Source: Diplonema japonicum (lineage: Eukaryota; Protista; Euglenozoa: Diplonemea). Taken from it: a stretch of 64,000 nucleotides of DNA. The stretch lies in the NCBI GenBank assembly GCA_964019335.1, contig OZ025757.1:152547-216546 (forward strand). The letters are read 5' to 3'. Below the pieces are notes generated by a model that was given only the letters and a program-made list of their open reading frames with translations, ran no database searches and was not told where the DNA came from. How positions within the stretch are numbered: the first letter of the stretch is position 1; every line of letters starts with the position of its first letter. This document shows, piece by piece, positions 19,479-31,147 of the stretch. The position numbers were made by a program, and so were the translations under genes.

Positions 19479-22280
19479 CTAAGAGCTGCCAGGAGGTGCG
19501 GTCCACTCCACCACCTCAGAGCCAGGGGTGTTCTTCACCACCTTCCCCAAGACACCATCGGTGAGCCAGTTCGCCCCTAAACCAGCAAAGGTCATTGTGA
19601 CTGCATGAACCTTCCAGCCATCCCCACCCTGTGCCCTGATCCGAACCTTGCGGGGGTGCTGCAGGATCCCAGTTGCAGTCATCACATGAACACTCCCCTG
19701 GGCAGGGGCCGCCACACTCCCCACAACCTGAACACTCCCATCCCAGTACTCCACCTCAATGGGGTAGGTGTGTTGCGACTCTGCATTGGTTTCCGAAGCG
19801 GTCACCACCCCCACAGTGAAGTCCATCGAGTTCAAGGCGTACATGTTGCTCCGGAAGGTCCCCCCACAGAAGGCCTCCCCGTTCCCGATGCAAGGAGCGT
19901 TGCAATCCCCACTTGCAGCCGGAGGCTTGGAGCGGATGTCCTGCGTGCACCAGCAGGTGTCTCCCTTCTGTATCCCAAAGAACTTGTAGTTCCGAACAGT
20001 GTCCCCACCACAGTACGCTGCACAGTGCTCAACTGACATCTCTGCAGAGACGTACGCCGTCCTCCCAACATTGTCCTCGAAGCACCCCACATGAGAGAAG
20101 CGGACAGAACTCTTCACAGCCATGTTCTGGTGCCCGCTGGTTGCGCAGTCGTCTGAGTTTGTTCTGGCCGATTCCACAAGTTCAGAAGCCCCGCCGCACC
20201 AACATTCGGATGTGAAGAGCGTCCCTGCATGGGTGTGCCCGGCGGTGTTACACAGTGCAAAGCACTGCTGTGGTGTATAGGCTGCGACGCTCCTCGACTT
20301 CAGGGCACGGTAGTCGGCGAAGCATCCTGTGTCATGTGATGCCACTGTTGGTGTGTGCCCGCTTATGGTGTAGCCCCACGTGCCACTGGCACTAGATGGT
20401 AAAGGTGGGGCAATAAAGAGGATGTAAGCCGATACAAGGAACAGGTAGTTACCTGCTGCGTACAGGTTGGGTTTGACCAGCGGGTAACCGACGTTTACGC
20501 TACCCACGATAGTGGGCACACGAGGCGCGCTGATGTCTCGGATCACGATGCTACCGGTAAAAAAATTGACAGAATCAAATTCCACGGCGATAAACAGAGC
20601 GTTGCCAGCAATTGCCATGCCACTAGACGGAGGGACGGCTTGGTTAAGGAGTAAAACAGGCACCGAAGGCGTCGCGACATCCACCACCACCAGGTTCTGT
20701 GTACCAATAACGTATGCCGTCGTATCCTTCACAAGAACCTCAGTTGCCCCAGCGATGTCAAGCTTCGCAAGAAATTTCGGCGACGACGGTTCACACACAT
20801 CGAGAACCTGCAAACTCTGCCCGTCAACAAGGTACGCTGTTGTCCCCGAAACGATAACGGACGTCGCAACCCCGGCGTAGTGTCCCACCTTCCGCATTAT
20901 GGAACCCCCTATGTTCATAACCACAAGACCCTTGGAACCGCAAGCAAAGTACGCAAAATTACCATCAATGTACATTTTTTCCACCCCGGGAAGCAGCATT
21001 CTTTCAACAAGCCGGGGGGTGCTTGAAATGTCAAGAACAAACAGTTGTGCCGCACTGGAAACGAACAGTTGGGTTCCGACAGACGCGAAGGCGAGAACCT
21101 GGTCTTGGTAAAAGAAAAACTTGGGATTCGTCCCGGGTTGGTAGATCTCAATCCCGTAGTCCAAAAATCTTACCGAGGCACCGTCAGGAGTAACATGGGC
21201 AACAGGCAGCTTCATGGGGGGAACGTACACACTGCCTAACAACCCAGAGTTGAGAACGTAATTCCTCAACCCGTACCGGGATACCTGCATGAAAACACCC
21301 TTTGCGGTAACCATCAAAGAGAGCCCGATTACACTATATTCTTCGACAAAAGTTGGCGATTCCGGGATGGGGTACAAAGAGTACACGAGAAGCTTGGTGT
21401 AGACCAAAACGTAAAGATGATTCCCGTGAATTTCGATATCCTGGATGAAACCGCCTTGAGGATACGCGACGCTTGCGTGCCAGCTGAGATAGTTTGTCGG
21501 ATCCGAACACTGGCTGCAAACCAGTTTGGAAATGTATAGCGTCGACCCCGTTGCAACGTAAAGGTACAAAGGTCGAACAGAAATTACCTGGCTGTAGAAA
21601 ACGAATTTTGTAGCGGATGCGAAGCCTTGATGGTTCTGCACGAGCTTCTGGTTCACGACGATCGGGTTGGTGTTGGAAGGGAGGTCGTTCGTCTTCAAAC
21701 CATTTTCGTCGGAGTAGTAATACCTCCAGAGCAAACCATCAGAGACATATTCTTCAAGTTGGAACACTGCAGTTCTGGTGTGCGTTCCGAGCTTGCTGAG
21801 GACCCCGGTGTGGACAGGATTGAGACTATCAGCAATGTTGAAGTGGATAAGATCTGAATGTGTGTCGCTTCGCCCGGTAACATACAATTCGTGGCCTATG
21901 GCGGTAGCGGTGTCGACCCGAAAGCTGCTTGGGCGAGCGTGAGGTGCGGAATTTTTCAGAACCGGTTTCCAAGGATCGCTTGAATCAAAGGCCCACACGT
22001 TTTGTGCCCCTATGGCGTATAAAGTATTTGATCCGTGAACAATTACCCTCCACACCTCTTCCCCAAGCTTGAAACCTGTCACAAATTTCGTGTTGCCAAC
22101 GTCGGTCATGTCGTAGACCAGAAGCCCCGAAGAACCCCCTGCTACGTAACCTACGTCACCGTTTAACTTCAAATCATATCCGCCAGGGCTGTGCCCCAAA
22201 TACTTGTATTGCGTAATAGAAGGTTCCCCGGCGATGGTCAGTGCGAGGCACAGCACGAGGAATATTGATGACGGGTCCAT
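19479..22280 (-). CDS. Array gene g5 (subfamily A), 933 aa
   Basis: Same architecture as g2; ends WTAPPGSS. Confidence 0.9.
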   Translation of the reverse strand: MDPSSIFLVLCLALTIAGEPSITQYKYLGHSPGGYDLKLNGDVGYVAGGSSGLLVYDMTDVGNTKFVTGFKLGEEVWRVIVHGSNTLYAIGAQNVWAFDSSDPWKPVLKNSAPHARPSSFRVDTATAIGHELYVTGRSDTHSDLIHFNIADSLNPVHTGVLSKLGTHTRTAVFQLEEYVSDGLLWRYYYSDENGLKTNDLPSNTNPIVVNQKLVQNHQGFASATKFVFYSQVISVRPLYLYVATGSTLYISKLVCSQCSDPTNYLSWHASVAYPQGGFIQDIEIHGNHLYVLVYTKLLVYSLYPIPESPTFVEEYSVIGLSLMVTAKGVFMQVSRYGLRNYVLNSGLLGSVYVPPMKLPVAHVTPDGASVRFLDYGIEIYQPGTNPKFFFYQDQVLAFASVGTQLFVSSAAQLFVLDISSTPRLVERMLLPGVEKMYIDGNFAYFACGSKGLVVMNIGGSIMRKVGHYAGVATSVIVSGTTAYLVDGQSLQVLDVCEPSSPKFLAKLDIAGATEVLVKDTTAYVIGTQNLVVVDVATPSVPVLLLNQAVPPSSGMAIAGNALFIAVEFDSVNFFTGSIVIRDISAPRVPTIVGSVNVGYPLVKPNLYAAGNYLFLVSAYILFIAPPLPSSASGTWGYTISGHTPTVASHDTGCFADYRALKSRSVAAYTPQQCFALCNTAGHTHAGTLFTSECWCGGASELVESARTNSDDCATSGHQNMAVKSSVRFSHVGCFEDNVGRTAYVSAEMSVEHCAAYCGGDTVRNYKFFGIQKGDTCWCTQDIRSKPPAASGDCNAPCIGNGEAFCGGTFRSNMYALNSMDFTVGVVTASETNAESQHTYPIEVEYWDGSVQVVGSVAAPAQGSVHVMTATGILQHPRKVRIRAQGGDGWKVHAVTMTFAGLGANWLTDGVLGKVVKNTPGSEVVEWTAPPGSS

Positions 22281-22347
22281 GATAAATGTTTTCCCTCCTT
22301 TTCCTTTTTTTTTTTTTTTTTTTTTTTTTTTTGTCGGATCATCCGTC

Positions 22348-22379
<32 letters not shown>

Positions 22380-23310
22380 GGAATTTCAACACGTTTTACG
22401 AGTGTCTAGCAGAGAAAAGAAAAAGAAAAAGAAGGGGGGAGGGGGGAAAGAGAATTGAAACAACACGTTTTTGGGAGAGCAAAGGTGCTTCCATACATGC
22501 ATACTACCTACCCCACCCCCCCACCCCCCCCAGAGATAAAAAAATTAATTAAAAGAATATGTCCTGTTGTCCCAAAAAGAAAAAAAACTCAAAGTGCAGG
22601 ACAAACCCCCTCATGGAGGGCCGCCCAAAAAAAAAAGAAGAAGAAAAAAAAACTCACTATGCCGAGCGGTGGAGGGGACATCAAAGCTGTTAACAATTGC
22701 CTGCTCTTTTTTTTAAATCCCACGGGAATCAGAAAATCTGCACGCAAACTGTTTTCAAATTCAAGGAATATTTGATGCCGCCTAGCATGGGGGGGTGGGT
22801 GGGGAGGAGGGGAGGGAGAGGGAGAAATACGCCATAAGCTGCAGCAAGCAAAAATCAAAGAGAGAGGGAAAGAGAGAGAAAAAAAAAAAAAAAAACTGTC
22901 CCGCTGCTGCTTGTTTTACGCACTGCTATCTCGCTTCAAGACGAATAGCTCTCTTCGATCTGACAATACACTAATAGTTGATATAAAAAAAAATAAAAAA
23001 GAAATAACAAAAATGGGGGAGTGTGTGTCTTTGACATGCAAAAGAAAAAAAAAATGCCGCAGATACAGCGTTTGCACAGAAATAAGAGAACAGATTCGGA
23101 GGGTGCCGTTCTCTAGAGCGGTATAAGAGGGGAAGGGGGGGAGAAAAAAATAGGATCACAGAACAGGAGGAGCCCCCACAACATGCTCACTCTGCAAGCC
23201 TCTTGCAGCAGTGGGCATCCTTGTCAAGGTTGAACCATATAAATTTAAAGTAAACGTTCGCCATCTAATTCTTTCTTTTTTTTTTTTGAGCAATTTTTCA
23301 CCACCAAAAA

Positions 23311-26103
23311 TCAGGGAGCGATCCAGACCCCCAACCTTTGCCCTTCCTGATCCTTGATCCACGCCCCTGTCTCCCCATTGATATGCCACTTCACAGCCGT
23401 TGTGGTGGGACCGGAGAACTTCACGTGCTTCACATTCCACCCGTCCCCGCCCTGTTCCCTCAACCGCACCTCCCGAGGGAGCATCGCGGCAGTGGGGATA
23501 GTGAAGAGGGCGATCGACCCCTGAGCAGGAGCCACCACACTCCCCACAATCTGAACACTCCCATCCCAGTACTCCACCTCAACGGGGAAGGAGTGCGCCG
23601 ACTGGGAGTAGTCACCTGTCCCTGTCTGCACCTCCAGTGTCAAAGACACAGGTTTCAGAATGGAAACGATCGAGAGGGAAGTCTGCCCCCAGAGCCTGCA
23701 CTCGTGTGAGTCGGCCGTGCACGAAGGGCAGCTCGCAGCAGGGGCACGTAGCGCCAGCCCGATGTCGTTGCCGCACCTGCAAAGGTCGTTTTGCATGCTG
23801 GAGTACGTCGATCCCTGTGCCCTGCACGTCTCGGAGCACTCCGACACTGTGAGCAATGAGCTCTGCAGAACGTGCGACGCTCCTGCAGGACCGTAATTTG
23901 TGTAACATCCCACGTGCACGGGGACCGCACTACGCACGGACACCCTCCCAGCAGCCCCTGTGGCTGTGCACTCCGAGGTGTCGCTACGGGTGCTCCCCAC
24001 GAAGTCCGCAGAATTCCCGCAGCAGCACTCCACTTTGCCACCCGTCGTCGTCAGCCCGGAGCGTGTGTGGCCTTCAGAACCGCATGCCGACGCGCACCCC
24101 TCCGCCGTCACCGCAGCAATGATCACCCTGATGGGCATAATGGGGTTCCCGTTCATCACCTCATGCAGGCATCCCATTTCGTTCCCGGGGTACTGAACCG
24201 ATCTTGAAATGGTCAGCCTCTGGAGGCCGTTGTTGGTGTCCGCAATGAACAGGTGGTCGCCGCTGACGTGCACTGTCGACTGGCCCATGCCGGTGGCGAG
24301 GTTGGTTGTGCCCGTGGTCTTCGCGTACTGCTCATGCGGTGCACTGATGTCAACGATGGTGACATAGTCATACAATGTGACGTACTTGAGAAAGGCTGTC
24401 TCCTCCGACACAGCCATCTGGAAGGGGTTGCTGAACTCAAAGGTCCCACCTTGAACAGGCGTTGCTGGGGTGCTGACGTCAACAGCCGTGAACTTCGTCT
24501 CGCTGGTAACGTAGACAATTGTGCCCCTCACGTGAACATCCTTCGCACCAACAATGTCGAACTTCCCAATGAAAGTGGGAACCGAAGTCGAACACACATT
24601 GACCAGCTGAAGGCTCGTCCCGTCCGCAATGTAAGCGGTTGTCCCTGATACAGTCACCGCCTTCGCAGTCCCTGGTGTGTCGAAGACACCCAAACGGCGC
24701 ATCGGGCTGTTCTCTGTGTCCAGGATCACAAGACCAGCCGACCCACAAGCAAGATACAAAGTGCTGCCCTCCACATACATATCTTCAACACCATGCTGCG
24801 AGTAGATCTCCAAGAGGAGGGGGGCCGCAGGGTTGCTGACATCGAGGGTGAAGACCTCCGAGGACGCGAAGTAAAGCCTGTTCCCGACCACCTTCTCCGC
24901 CATCCCGTTGATCATATGCGGGTGGCTGTAAAACCCAACCCTCAGCATGCTGCTCCTGTCAAACACCTCAATACCATACGGGCTGGACACCTTGAACACG
25001 TGCGTATCGGACGAAGCAAGAAGGGGAACCTGCTCTGTAGGGAGGGCAGCGAGGGTCTGGAAGACCTCGGAGGACGAAGCTGTGGAGTACGCGAACTGCA
25101 CGAAGCCCGCGTCTTGCAAAATGTAGTGATGAGCACCTGCTCTCGGCAAATGAACAAGTCTGCGGTTTGTCGCGGTAGATGTAGTCTTCAAATGAAGAGG
25201 GCTCGTAGGGGATCCACCAAGACCGTTCGTCGTGTTAATGTTGTACCTCACTATCTCATTAGTGGTGAGGACAAGGAGCCAGCCACCATCGCTTCTGATA
25301 TCCACAATAGGCGCGGAAAGGATCGCTGTGAGAGTGATGGTCGACTGCCTGACCGCACCGGCGCTGCCCAAAGACAATACATAGAAAACCGAACCGCAAC
25401 CGATGTAAAGGGAATCCTCGTGGTAAAAACTAAAGGCGGTCACGGGGCCTATCAAAGTGGTAGGAAGGGTCACGGTCCGATCACCACCCGCAACGGGAGC
25501 AGACGCACCGGTAGCAGCCAAAGTACCGGTGAAGGTTAGCCCATCTGATTTATACATGAACTCTTCACTACCGTGCCTCACAGCCTGTGCCGATGAGGCA
25601 GCTGCGGAATACGTGTGTTCCCAGGTAGTTGTCAGAGCTGACAATGCAAACCTCTTGAACAGAGTGGTGGAGTGGAAGGAACCGATAAAAACGATCTCGG
25701 ACGTGGAGGGTGCCCATTTGAGCTCAAGGCACTCAGACAGCACATGGGGGGAGTTATGTACTTCCGTCGGGCTATCCCAGTATTGCAGGCTGTACGCGGT
25801 GACCTCTTCGTGCGTTGCCACATATAACATCCCAGATACGACTATGACCCGTTGTGCGGGGTATCTCGTCTTCAGGGTTCCGCCCACTTTCGGGTTCGTT
25901 GGGATCGAGAGGTCATAGATGAGAACCCCATGGTGGCCCGCAGCAACATACCCGTGCTTCTCGTCCGCGCTAGTTGTAAGGTCTTTGAGGTCTACACTGT
26001 CCCTTGGTCTGTCGAAACGCCCTGAGAGGGTAGTGGCTGCTTCGCTGTCTACCACCAACCAGCATAGTGCCACGATGAGAGCATGGGGCGATGCAGAACG
26101 CAT
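23311..26103 (-). CDS. Array gene g6 (subfamily B), 930 aa
   Basis: Signal peptide, LVIVD repeats, degenerate WSC pair and PLAT-like end (GVWIAP). The block MAEKVVGNRLYFASSEVF...TAYIADGTSLQ is shared with g7-g9. Confidence 0.88.
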   Translation of the reverse strand: MRSASPHALIVALCWLVVDSEAATTLSGRFDRPRDSVDLKDLTTSADEKHGYVAAGHHGVLIYDLSIPTNPKVGGTLKTRYPAQRVIVVSGMLYVATHEEVTAYSLQYWDSPTEVHNSPHVLSECLELKWAPSTSEIVFIGSFHSTTLFKRFALSALTTTWEHTYSAAASSAQAVRHGSEEFMYKSDGLTFTGTLAATGASAPVAGGDRTVTLPTTLIGPVTAFSFYHEDSLYIGCGSVFYVLSLGSAGAVRQSTITLTAILSAPIVDIRSDGGWLLVLTTNEIVRYNINTTNGLGGSPTSPLHLKTTSTATNRRLVHLPRAGAHHYILQDAGFVQFAYSTASSSEVFQTLAALPTEQVPLLASSDTHVFKVSSPYGIEVFDRSSMLRVGFYSHPHMINGMAEKVVGNRLYFASSEVFTLDVSNPAAPLLLEIYSQHGVEDMYVEGSTLYLACGSAGLVILDTENSPMRRLGVFDTPGTAKAVTVSGTTAYIADGTSLQLVNVCSTSVPTFIGKFDIVGAKDVHVRGTIVYVTSETKFTAVDVSTPATPVQGGTFEFSNPFQMAVSEETAFLKYVTLYDYVTIVDISAPHEQYAKTTGTTNLATGMGQSTVHVSGDHLFIADTNNGLQRLTISRSVQYPGNEMGCLHEVMNGNPIMPIRVIIAAVTAEGCASACGSEGHTRSGLTTTGGKVECCCGNSADFVGSTRSDTSECTATGAAGRVSVRSAVPVHVGCYTNYGPAGASHVLQSSLLTVSECSETCRAQGSTYSSMQNDLCRCGNDIGLALRAPAASCPSCTADSHECRLWGQTSLSIVSILKPVSLTLEVQTGTGDYSQSAHSFPVEVEYWDGSVQIVGSVVAPAQGSIALFTIPTAAMLPREVRLREQGGDGWNVKHVKFSGPTTTAVKWHINGETGAWIKDQEGQRLGVWIAP

Positions 26104-26468
26104 GTTTCTTTTTTTTTTTTTTCTTGATTTGGCTTCTTCTTTTTTTTTTCTCTGGGGGTGAAAAGGAGTTTTAAAAAAAAAAAGAAAGAGAAAGACAAAG
26201 TATAAAAAAAAAATTTAAATAAAAACGTTGAAACAGGGGGGGGGGGGGGGGGGGGGGTTTCTCTCTCTCTTGCTCGGTTTTGCAAATCGACGGCAGACAG
26301 GAGGATTGGGGGGGGAGAAAAAAAAAAGAGAAAAAAAAAACTCCCCATTAAAATAGACCAACGGTCAACAAGAGTTTTTTTTTTTTTTTTTTTTAAATTA
26401 CCAACAAATAAATGATGTCGTAATTTTGAGTTTCCGGTAAGTAAAGTTTTACCTAAGCAAGGAACAAG

Positions 26469-26512
<44 letters not shown>

Positions 26513-27377
26513 AATTGCAATACGTTCTCCCACTCGGGCGCTACCGGTGATGACCGACGAGGAGGTCAACACGGGAACAACACATCTGATGCACTTCTTA
26601 AAATTCCATGTTATCTCCACCACCAAAGAAAAAAAAAAGATTCTAAAAAACAAAAACAAAAGACATTTAGAAATGAAAGGAGAAGGGGAAGAGGGACGGG
26701 GGGGGGGGGTTCTTTTTTTTGAAGAAGAAAGAATGAAAAAAAAAAGAAATATCCTGGCGCTTGTTTGTTTGTGCATTATTAGCATCGGCACGAAAACGTG
26801 TTAATTTCCCCTCCAGAAAAACCTGCATAAAAAAGCAGACTAACTGCACAAGCCATTGAATAATCCTTAGTTAAGACAATATAATAAATATTGCATTTAC
26901 AACAAGAAAAAGAGAAGGATAAAAACAGGGAAACGATCTATCCTTCTAGAGCAAAGCATTTGAGGGGGAGAAGGGGGGGAGACAGAACAAACGAAGGAGC
27001 AGAAACCATTTTGCACGAGTGGGGATAGAGGGTTGAAACATGAGACACTCAACTATCATTAACTGAATCATCCAAAACACCTTGGTTCCCGTGTAAAAAT
27101 AATTCTTTATGACTATATGTCTTTGTTTTTTCGCGGTTTTTTTTTTTTTTTTTTTTTTTTTTTCTTTCTTGCTCGGCACAAGGTACATATAGTTATAAAG
27201 TCATTTTTTTGAAAGATAAATATTTGTAACAAAAAAAAAAAAAAAAAAAAAAGAAAAGAAAAAAAGAATAGCGGCTTACCACCTCTCTAAATATTCCAAC
27301 GGACTGTCGCAGTACACAAGGTGGAATAAGAGAATGATATAGAGTGTCGTGGCTTTTTATCGACCACCTTGACCACT

Positions 27378-30092
27378 TCAAGGAGCGACCCAGACCCCCA
27401 GCCTGTGCCCTTCCTGATCCTTGATCCACATCCCTGTCGCACCATCGACACGCCACTTCACAGCCGTTGTGGTGGGACCGGAGAACTTCACGTGCTTCAC
27501 ATTCCACCCGTCCCCGCCCTGTTCCTTCAACCGCACCTCCCGAGGGAGCATCGCGGCAGTGGGGATGGTGAAGAGGGCGGTCGACCCCTGAGCAGGAGCT
27601 ACCACACTCCCCACAATCTGAACACTCCCATCCCAGTACTCCACCTCAACGGGGAAGGAGTGCGCCGACTGGGAGTAGTCACCTGTCCCTGTCTGCACCT
27701 CCAGTGTCAAAGACACAGGTTTCAGAATGGAGAATGCTTGCCGATTGTACCGCCCGCACTTCTGCTGAGGGTCCGCGAGGCACGGAAAACTGCAGTCAGC
27801 TGCTGGAGCAAGTTTTTGTGTCCCGATGTTGTCCCAGCAATAGCACGAGCCCCTGCCCAGCACACCGGAGTAGGCTTTCCCCTTCGCCTGGCACAGCCCC
27901 GCACACCGCGACACCGTCACAAAGCTATTAGCCCCCGCGTGCTCCAACCTTCTCGTGTCGTCTTCTAAGAGGTCCACGTAGCACCCCACATGCACAGGCA
28001 CCGCACTCCGTACAGCGATCCTCCCAGAGTCCACAGCCGAACACCCAGAAGCCTCACTGCGGATGCTTCCCACGAAATCCGCCGCCTCCCCGCAGCAGCA
28101 CTCCACACTCGCAGCCATCGTTCGCAGACCAGAGTGCGTGAACTTCACAGAGCTGCACAATGACGCACACTGCACTGAAGTCATTGTGGTGAAGAACTTC
28201 CTGACAGGCAGGATATAGTTGTTGGCAGCCACCTCATGCAGACACCCCACTTCACTGCCAGAGAAAGATGCAATTGTGTCGGTGATGGTCAGCCTCTGAA
28301 GGCCATGATGCATGTCCGCAATAAACAAGAAGGGGCCACTGACGTGCATCATGGGCTGCGCCGTGGTGCTGATCGCGGTGTGTTTTTCCTGGAGCTGCCA
28401 GTAGCTGATGTCGACTGTGCTAATGGTGCTTGGTCTGACGAGGAAAGCCGCCTGCTGCGTCACAGCTATCGTAAAGGAGGAGGTCTTGTAATTCCTCTGG
28501 GAAGGTGCTGCAGGTGTTTTGACATCCACCACCGCCATGTTTATGCTGTTCACAACGTAGGCGGTCTTCCCCACCACCTCCACATCCCTCGCACCAGCAA
28601 TGCTCACCATCCCAAGAAGCACAGGCGACGCGGGATCGCACGCCTCGACCACCTGAAGGCTCGTCCCGTCCGCAATGTAAGCGGTTGTCCCTGATACAGT
28701 CACCGCCTTCGCAGTCCCTGGTGTGTCGAAGACACCAAGAAAGCGCATCGGGCTGTTCTCTGTGTCCAGGATCATAAGACCAGCCGACCCACAAGCAAGA
28801 TACAAAGTGCTGCCCTCCACATACATATCTTCAACACCACGCTGCGAGTAGATCTCCAAGAGGAGGGGGGCCGCAGGGTTGCTGACATCGAGGGTGAAGA
28901 CCTCCGAGGACGCGAAGTAAAGCCTGTTCCCGACCACCTTCTCCGCCATCCCGAGGATCGCATGCGGATGGCTGTAAAACCCAACCCTCTGCAGGGTGTT
29001 CTTGTCAAACACCTCAATACCATACGGGCTGAACGCCTTGAACACATGTGTGGCAGACGAAGCAAGAAGGGGAGCAAGCTCAACGAGGGGAAAGGGGACG
29101 AATTTGATTTTAGAAGCGAAATCGTAAAAAAGCAGTGCCTCTGTGGTGACGACATAGATGCTGCTCGCAACGGTGACGGCGCGTATGTTGCTCCCCACCG
29201 GATCGTTCGAACCGCTGTGTAAAAGGCTGGGGTGGTTGTGGTCCGTAACGGAGTACACAAACACCGCCTTTGTGGTGACAACTGTCAATACAGCGCCAGA
29301 TAGTCTAATGTCCACGACAGGGTCGGCTAAGGTTGTCGTGCGGAGGATAGTAATATCTGACTCACTTAAAGACACATAGTGGCAACGCGTCCCCTCTGCT
29401 AGGTAACCGCGTGTCCTCGAGGTACCCTCCACCATCTTGAAGACCGTGACATCGACTCCGGAAATTGAGGGTGGGTAATAGAAGTAATAGCGTACATCAG
29501 GCAGCACTTCGATTCCGCTGAATATGAAGCAGTCCACGCTAATCCTCGTGGCCCTGCAGCTCCAATCGCTTTCATATGATGCCCCGATCCCGACGTAATT
29601 CAAGGATATCTGCGCGATCACACCGAGCTGAAGTGTGTACTTACTGAGGAATGACTGCTGGTAATGTACGTTTATATCGTTACTGATTGAAAATATGATA
29701 TTTCCTGAAAGGTAAATGAAAAATGGCGACACCGGGCGATGCGGTGTGCTGTACATCACCGTTGGTCTGTCCCAGAACTGCAGACTGTATCCGGTGATTT
29801 CGGCAGAGCCTTCTACGTACAGAACCCCGTTAACGACGAGGACCCTGTCTGCAGAGGATCTTGTCTTCAGGGTGCTGATCAGAATCGGGTTTCTCGCGGA
29901 GGCAAGGTTGTAGATCAGAACCCCTTGGGCCCCTGCCGCCACGTACCCGGCGTTGTTGTGCATCGCAATGTCGCTCAGTGTGACATTGTCCCTTGGTTTG
30001 TCAATTAGGCCCGACAGGGATGGTGCAGCCTCGCTGTCCAACACCAACCAGCACAGTACTAAACAGAGAGCAAGGGACACAGGGCGCCGCAT
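27378..30092 (-). CDS. Array gene g7 (subfamily B), 904 aa
   Basis: Same architecture. The N-terminal ~110 aa are almost identical to g8. Confidence 0.9.
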   Translation of the reverse strand: MRRPVSLALCLVLCWLVLDSEAAPSLSGLIDKPRDNVTLSDIAMHNNAGYVAAGAQGVLIYNLASARNPILISTLKTRSSADRVLVVNGVLYVEGSAEITGYSLQFWDRPTVMYSTPHRPVSPFFIYLSGNIIFSISNDINVHYQQSFLSKYTLQLGVIAQISLNYVGIGASYESDWSCRATRISVDCFIFSGIEVLPDVRYYFYYPPSISGVDVTVFKMVEGTSRTRGYLAEGTRCHYVSLSESDITILRTTTLADPVVDIRLSGAVLTVVTTKAVFVYSVTDHNHPSLLHSGSNDPVGSNIRAVTVASSIYVVTTEALLFYDFASKIKFVPFPLVELAPLLASSATHVFKAFSPYGIEVFDKNTLQRVGFYSHPHAILGMAEKVVGNRLYFASSEVFTLDVSNPAAPLLLEIYSQRGVEDMYVEGSTLYLACGSAGLMILDTENSPMRFLGVFDTPGTAKAVTVSGTTAYIADGTSLQVVEACDPASPVLLGMVSIAGARDVEVVGKTAYVVNSINMAVVDVKTPAAPSQRNYKTSSFTIAVTQQAAFLVRPSTISTVDISYWQLQEKHTAISTTAQPMMHVSGPFLFIADMHHGLQRLTITDTIASFSGSEVGCLHEVAANNYILPVRKFFTTMTSVQCASLCSSVKFTHSGLRTMAASVECCCGEAADFVGSIRSEASGCSAVDSGRIAVRSAVPVHVGCYVDLLEDDTRRLEHAGANSFVTVSRCAGLCQAKGKAYSGVLGRGSCYCWDNIGTQKLAPAADCSFPCLADPQQKCGRYNRQAFSILKPVSLTLEVQTGTGDYSQSAHSFPVEVEYWDGSVQIVGSVVAPAQGSTALFTIPTAAMLPREVRLKEQGGDGWNVKHVKFSGPTTTAVKWRVDGATGMWIKDQEGHRLGVWVAP

Positions 30093-31147
30093 AACGTTTT
30101 TTTTTTTTTTTTTTTTTTTTTTTTTCCCCTCTCAGTCTGAAATAGGAATTTTGCCTTTGTTTGTGCGTGCAGGAAAAGTAAAAAGATACGGGGGAATGAT
30201 GAAGGGGGCGGCGGCTATGCTGGCAAGGAAACGCGTTTCCAAGTTTTTTTTTTTTTTTTTTTTCGAAAAAAAAAAGGAAACGGAAACGGAAACGTTTCCC
30301 CATTTCTTGCCAGCATAGCCCTGGGGGGGGGGGGGGGTTAAACAAATACATATTTGAGTTAAAAGAGGCCGGTATTGGTGGCGCCCTGCACAAGAACTGT
30401 ACATATGCCACACCAACCAGTACGACGTTAGAACATGGGGGAGGGGGAGAAAAAAAAAAGGAGGCTTATTTTTTTTTTTTTTTAGAATTGAAGTTTTTGA
30501 ATTGTTCAGAACCCTTGGACTCCTACGATTAGGAAGGAAAAAAAAAAAAAAAGAGAGGGTGAGACAACAAAAAGAAAGTCTCGCGTCCGTACTTAAGGTC
30601 TGATAATTTTGAGCAAAAGGGGAGGGGGGTGGTGGTTTTTTTTTTTTTTCTTTTTTTTTTTCTTTCTTTCCGTCAGAAGTACACAGTACTCCTGTAGATT
30701 GGACACTAATAGCTTTAAATGCCAACAAGCAGTGAAAGTTAACGCCACTCTCTGTTCCTACAATATCACAGAGGGCCCGCCGGAATGGCTGTTTCAACCA
30801 TGTTGTCTGCAGCTTGTCCAATACAATAAAAAAAAAAGAGAGAAAAAAAAAAAAAAGCACGAGCAAGTCTTGGTTGTCGAGTGGGCCTATGAGTGACCGG
30901 AGGGTGATTCTGCTCATAGTCCCGAAGGTTTAATTGATCTAAAAGAGAAGGATAAAAACAGGGTCTAACCTTCTAGAGCATAGCTTCTGAGGGGAAAGGG
31001 GGGCAAAGAGAATCATCTAACACCTTGGTTCCCAAATAAAAAGAATAGGGTCTCTGACTCTCCTAACTAAACAAAACAACGGACTGTCGCAGTACATAAG
31101 AGAATGATATAGAGTGCCGTGGCTTTTTATCGACCACCTTGACCACT

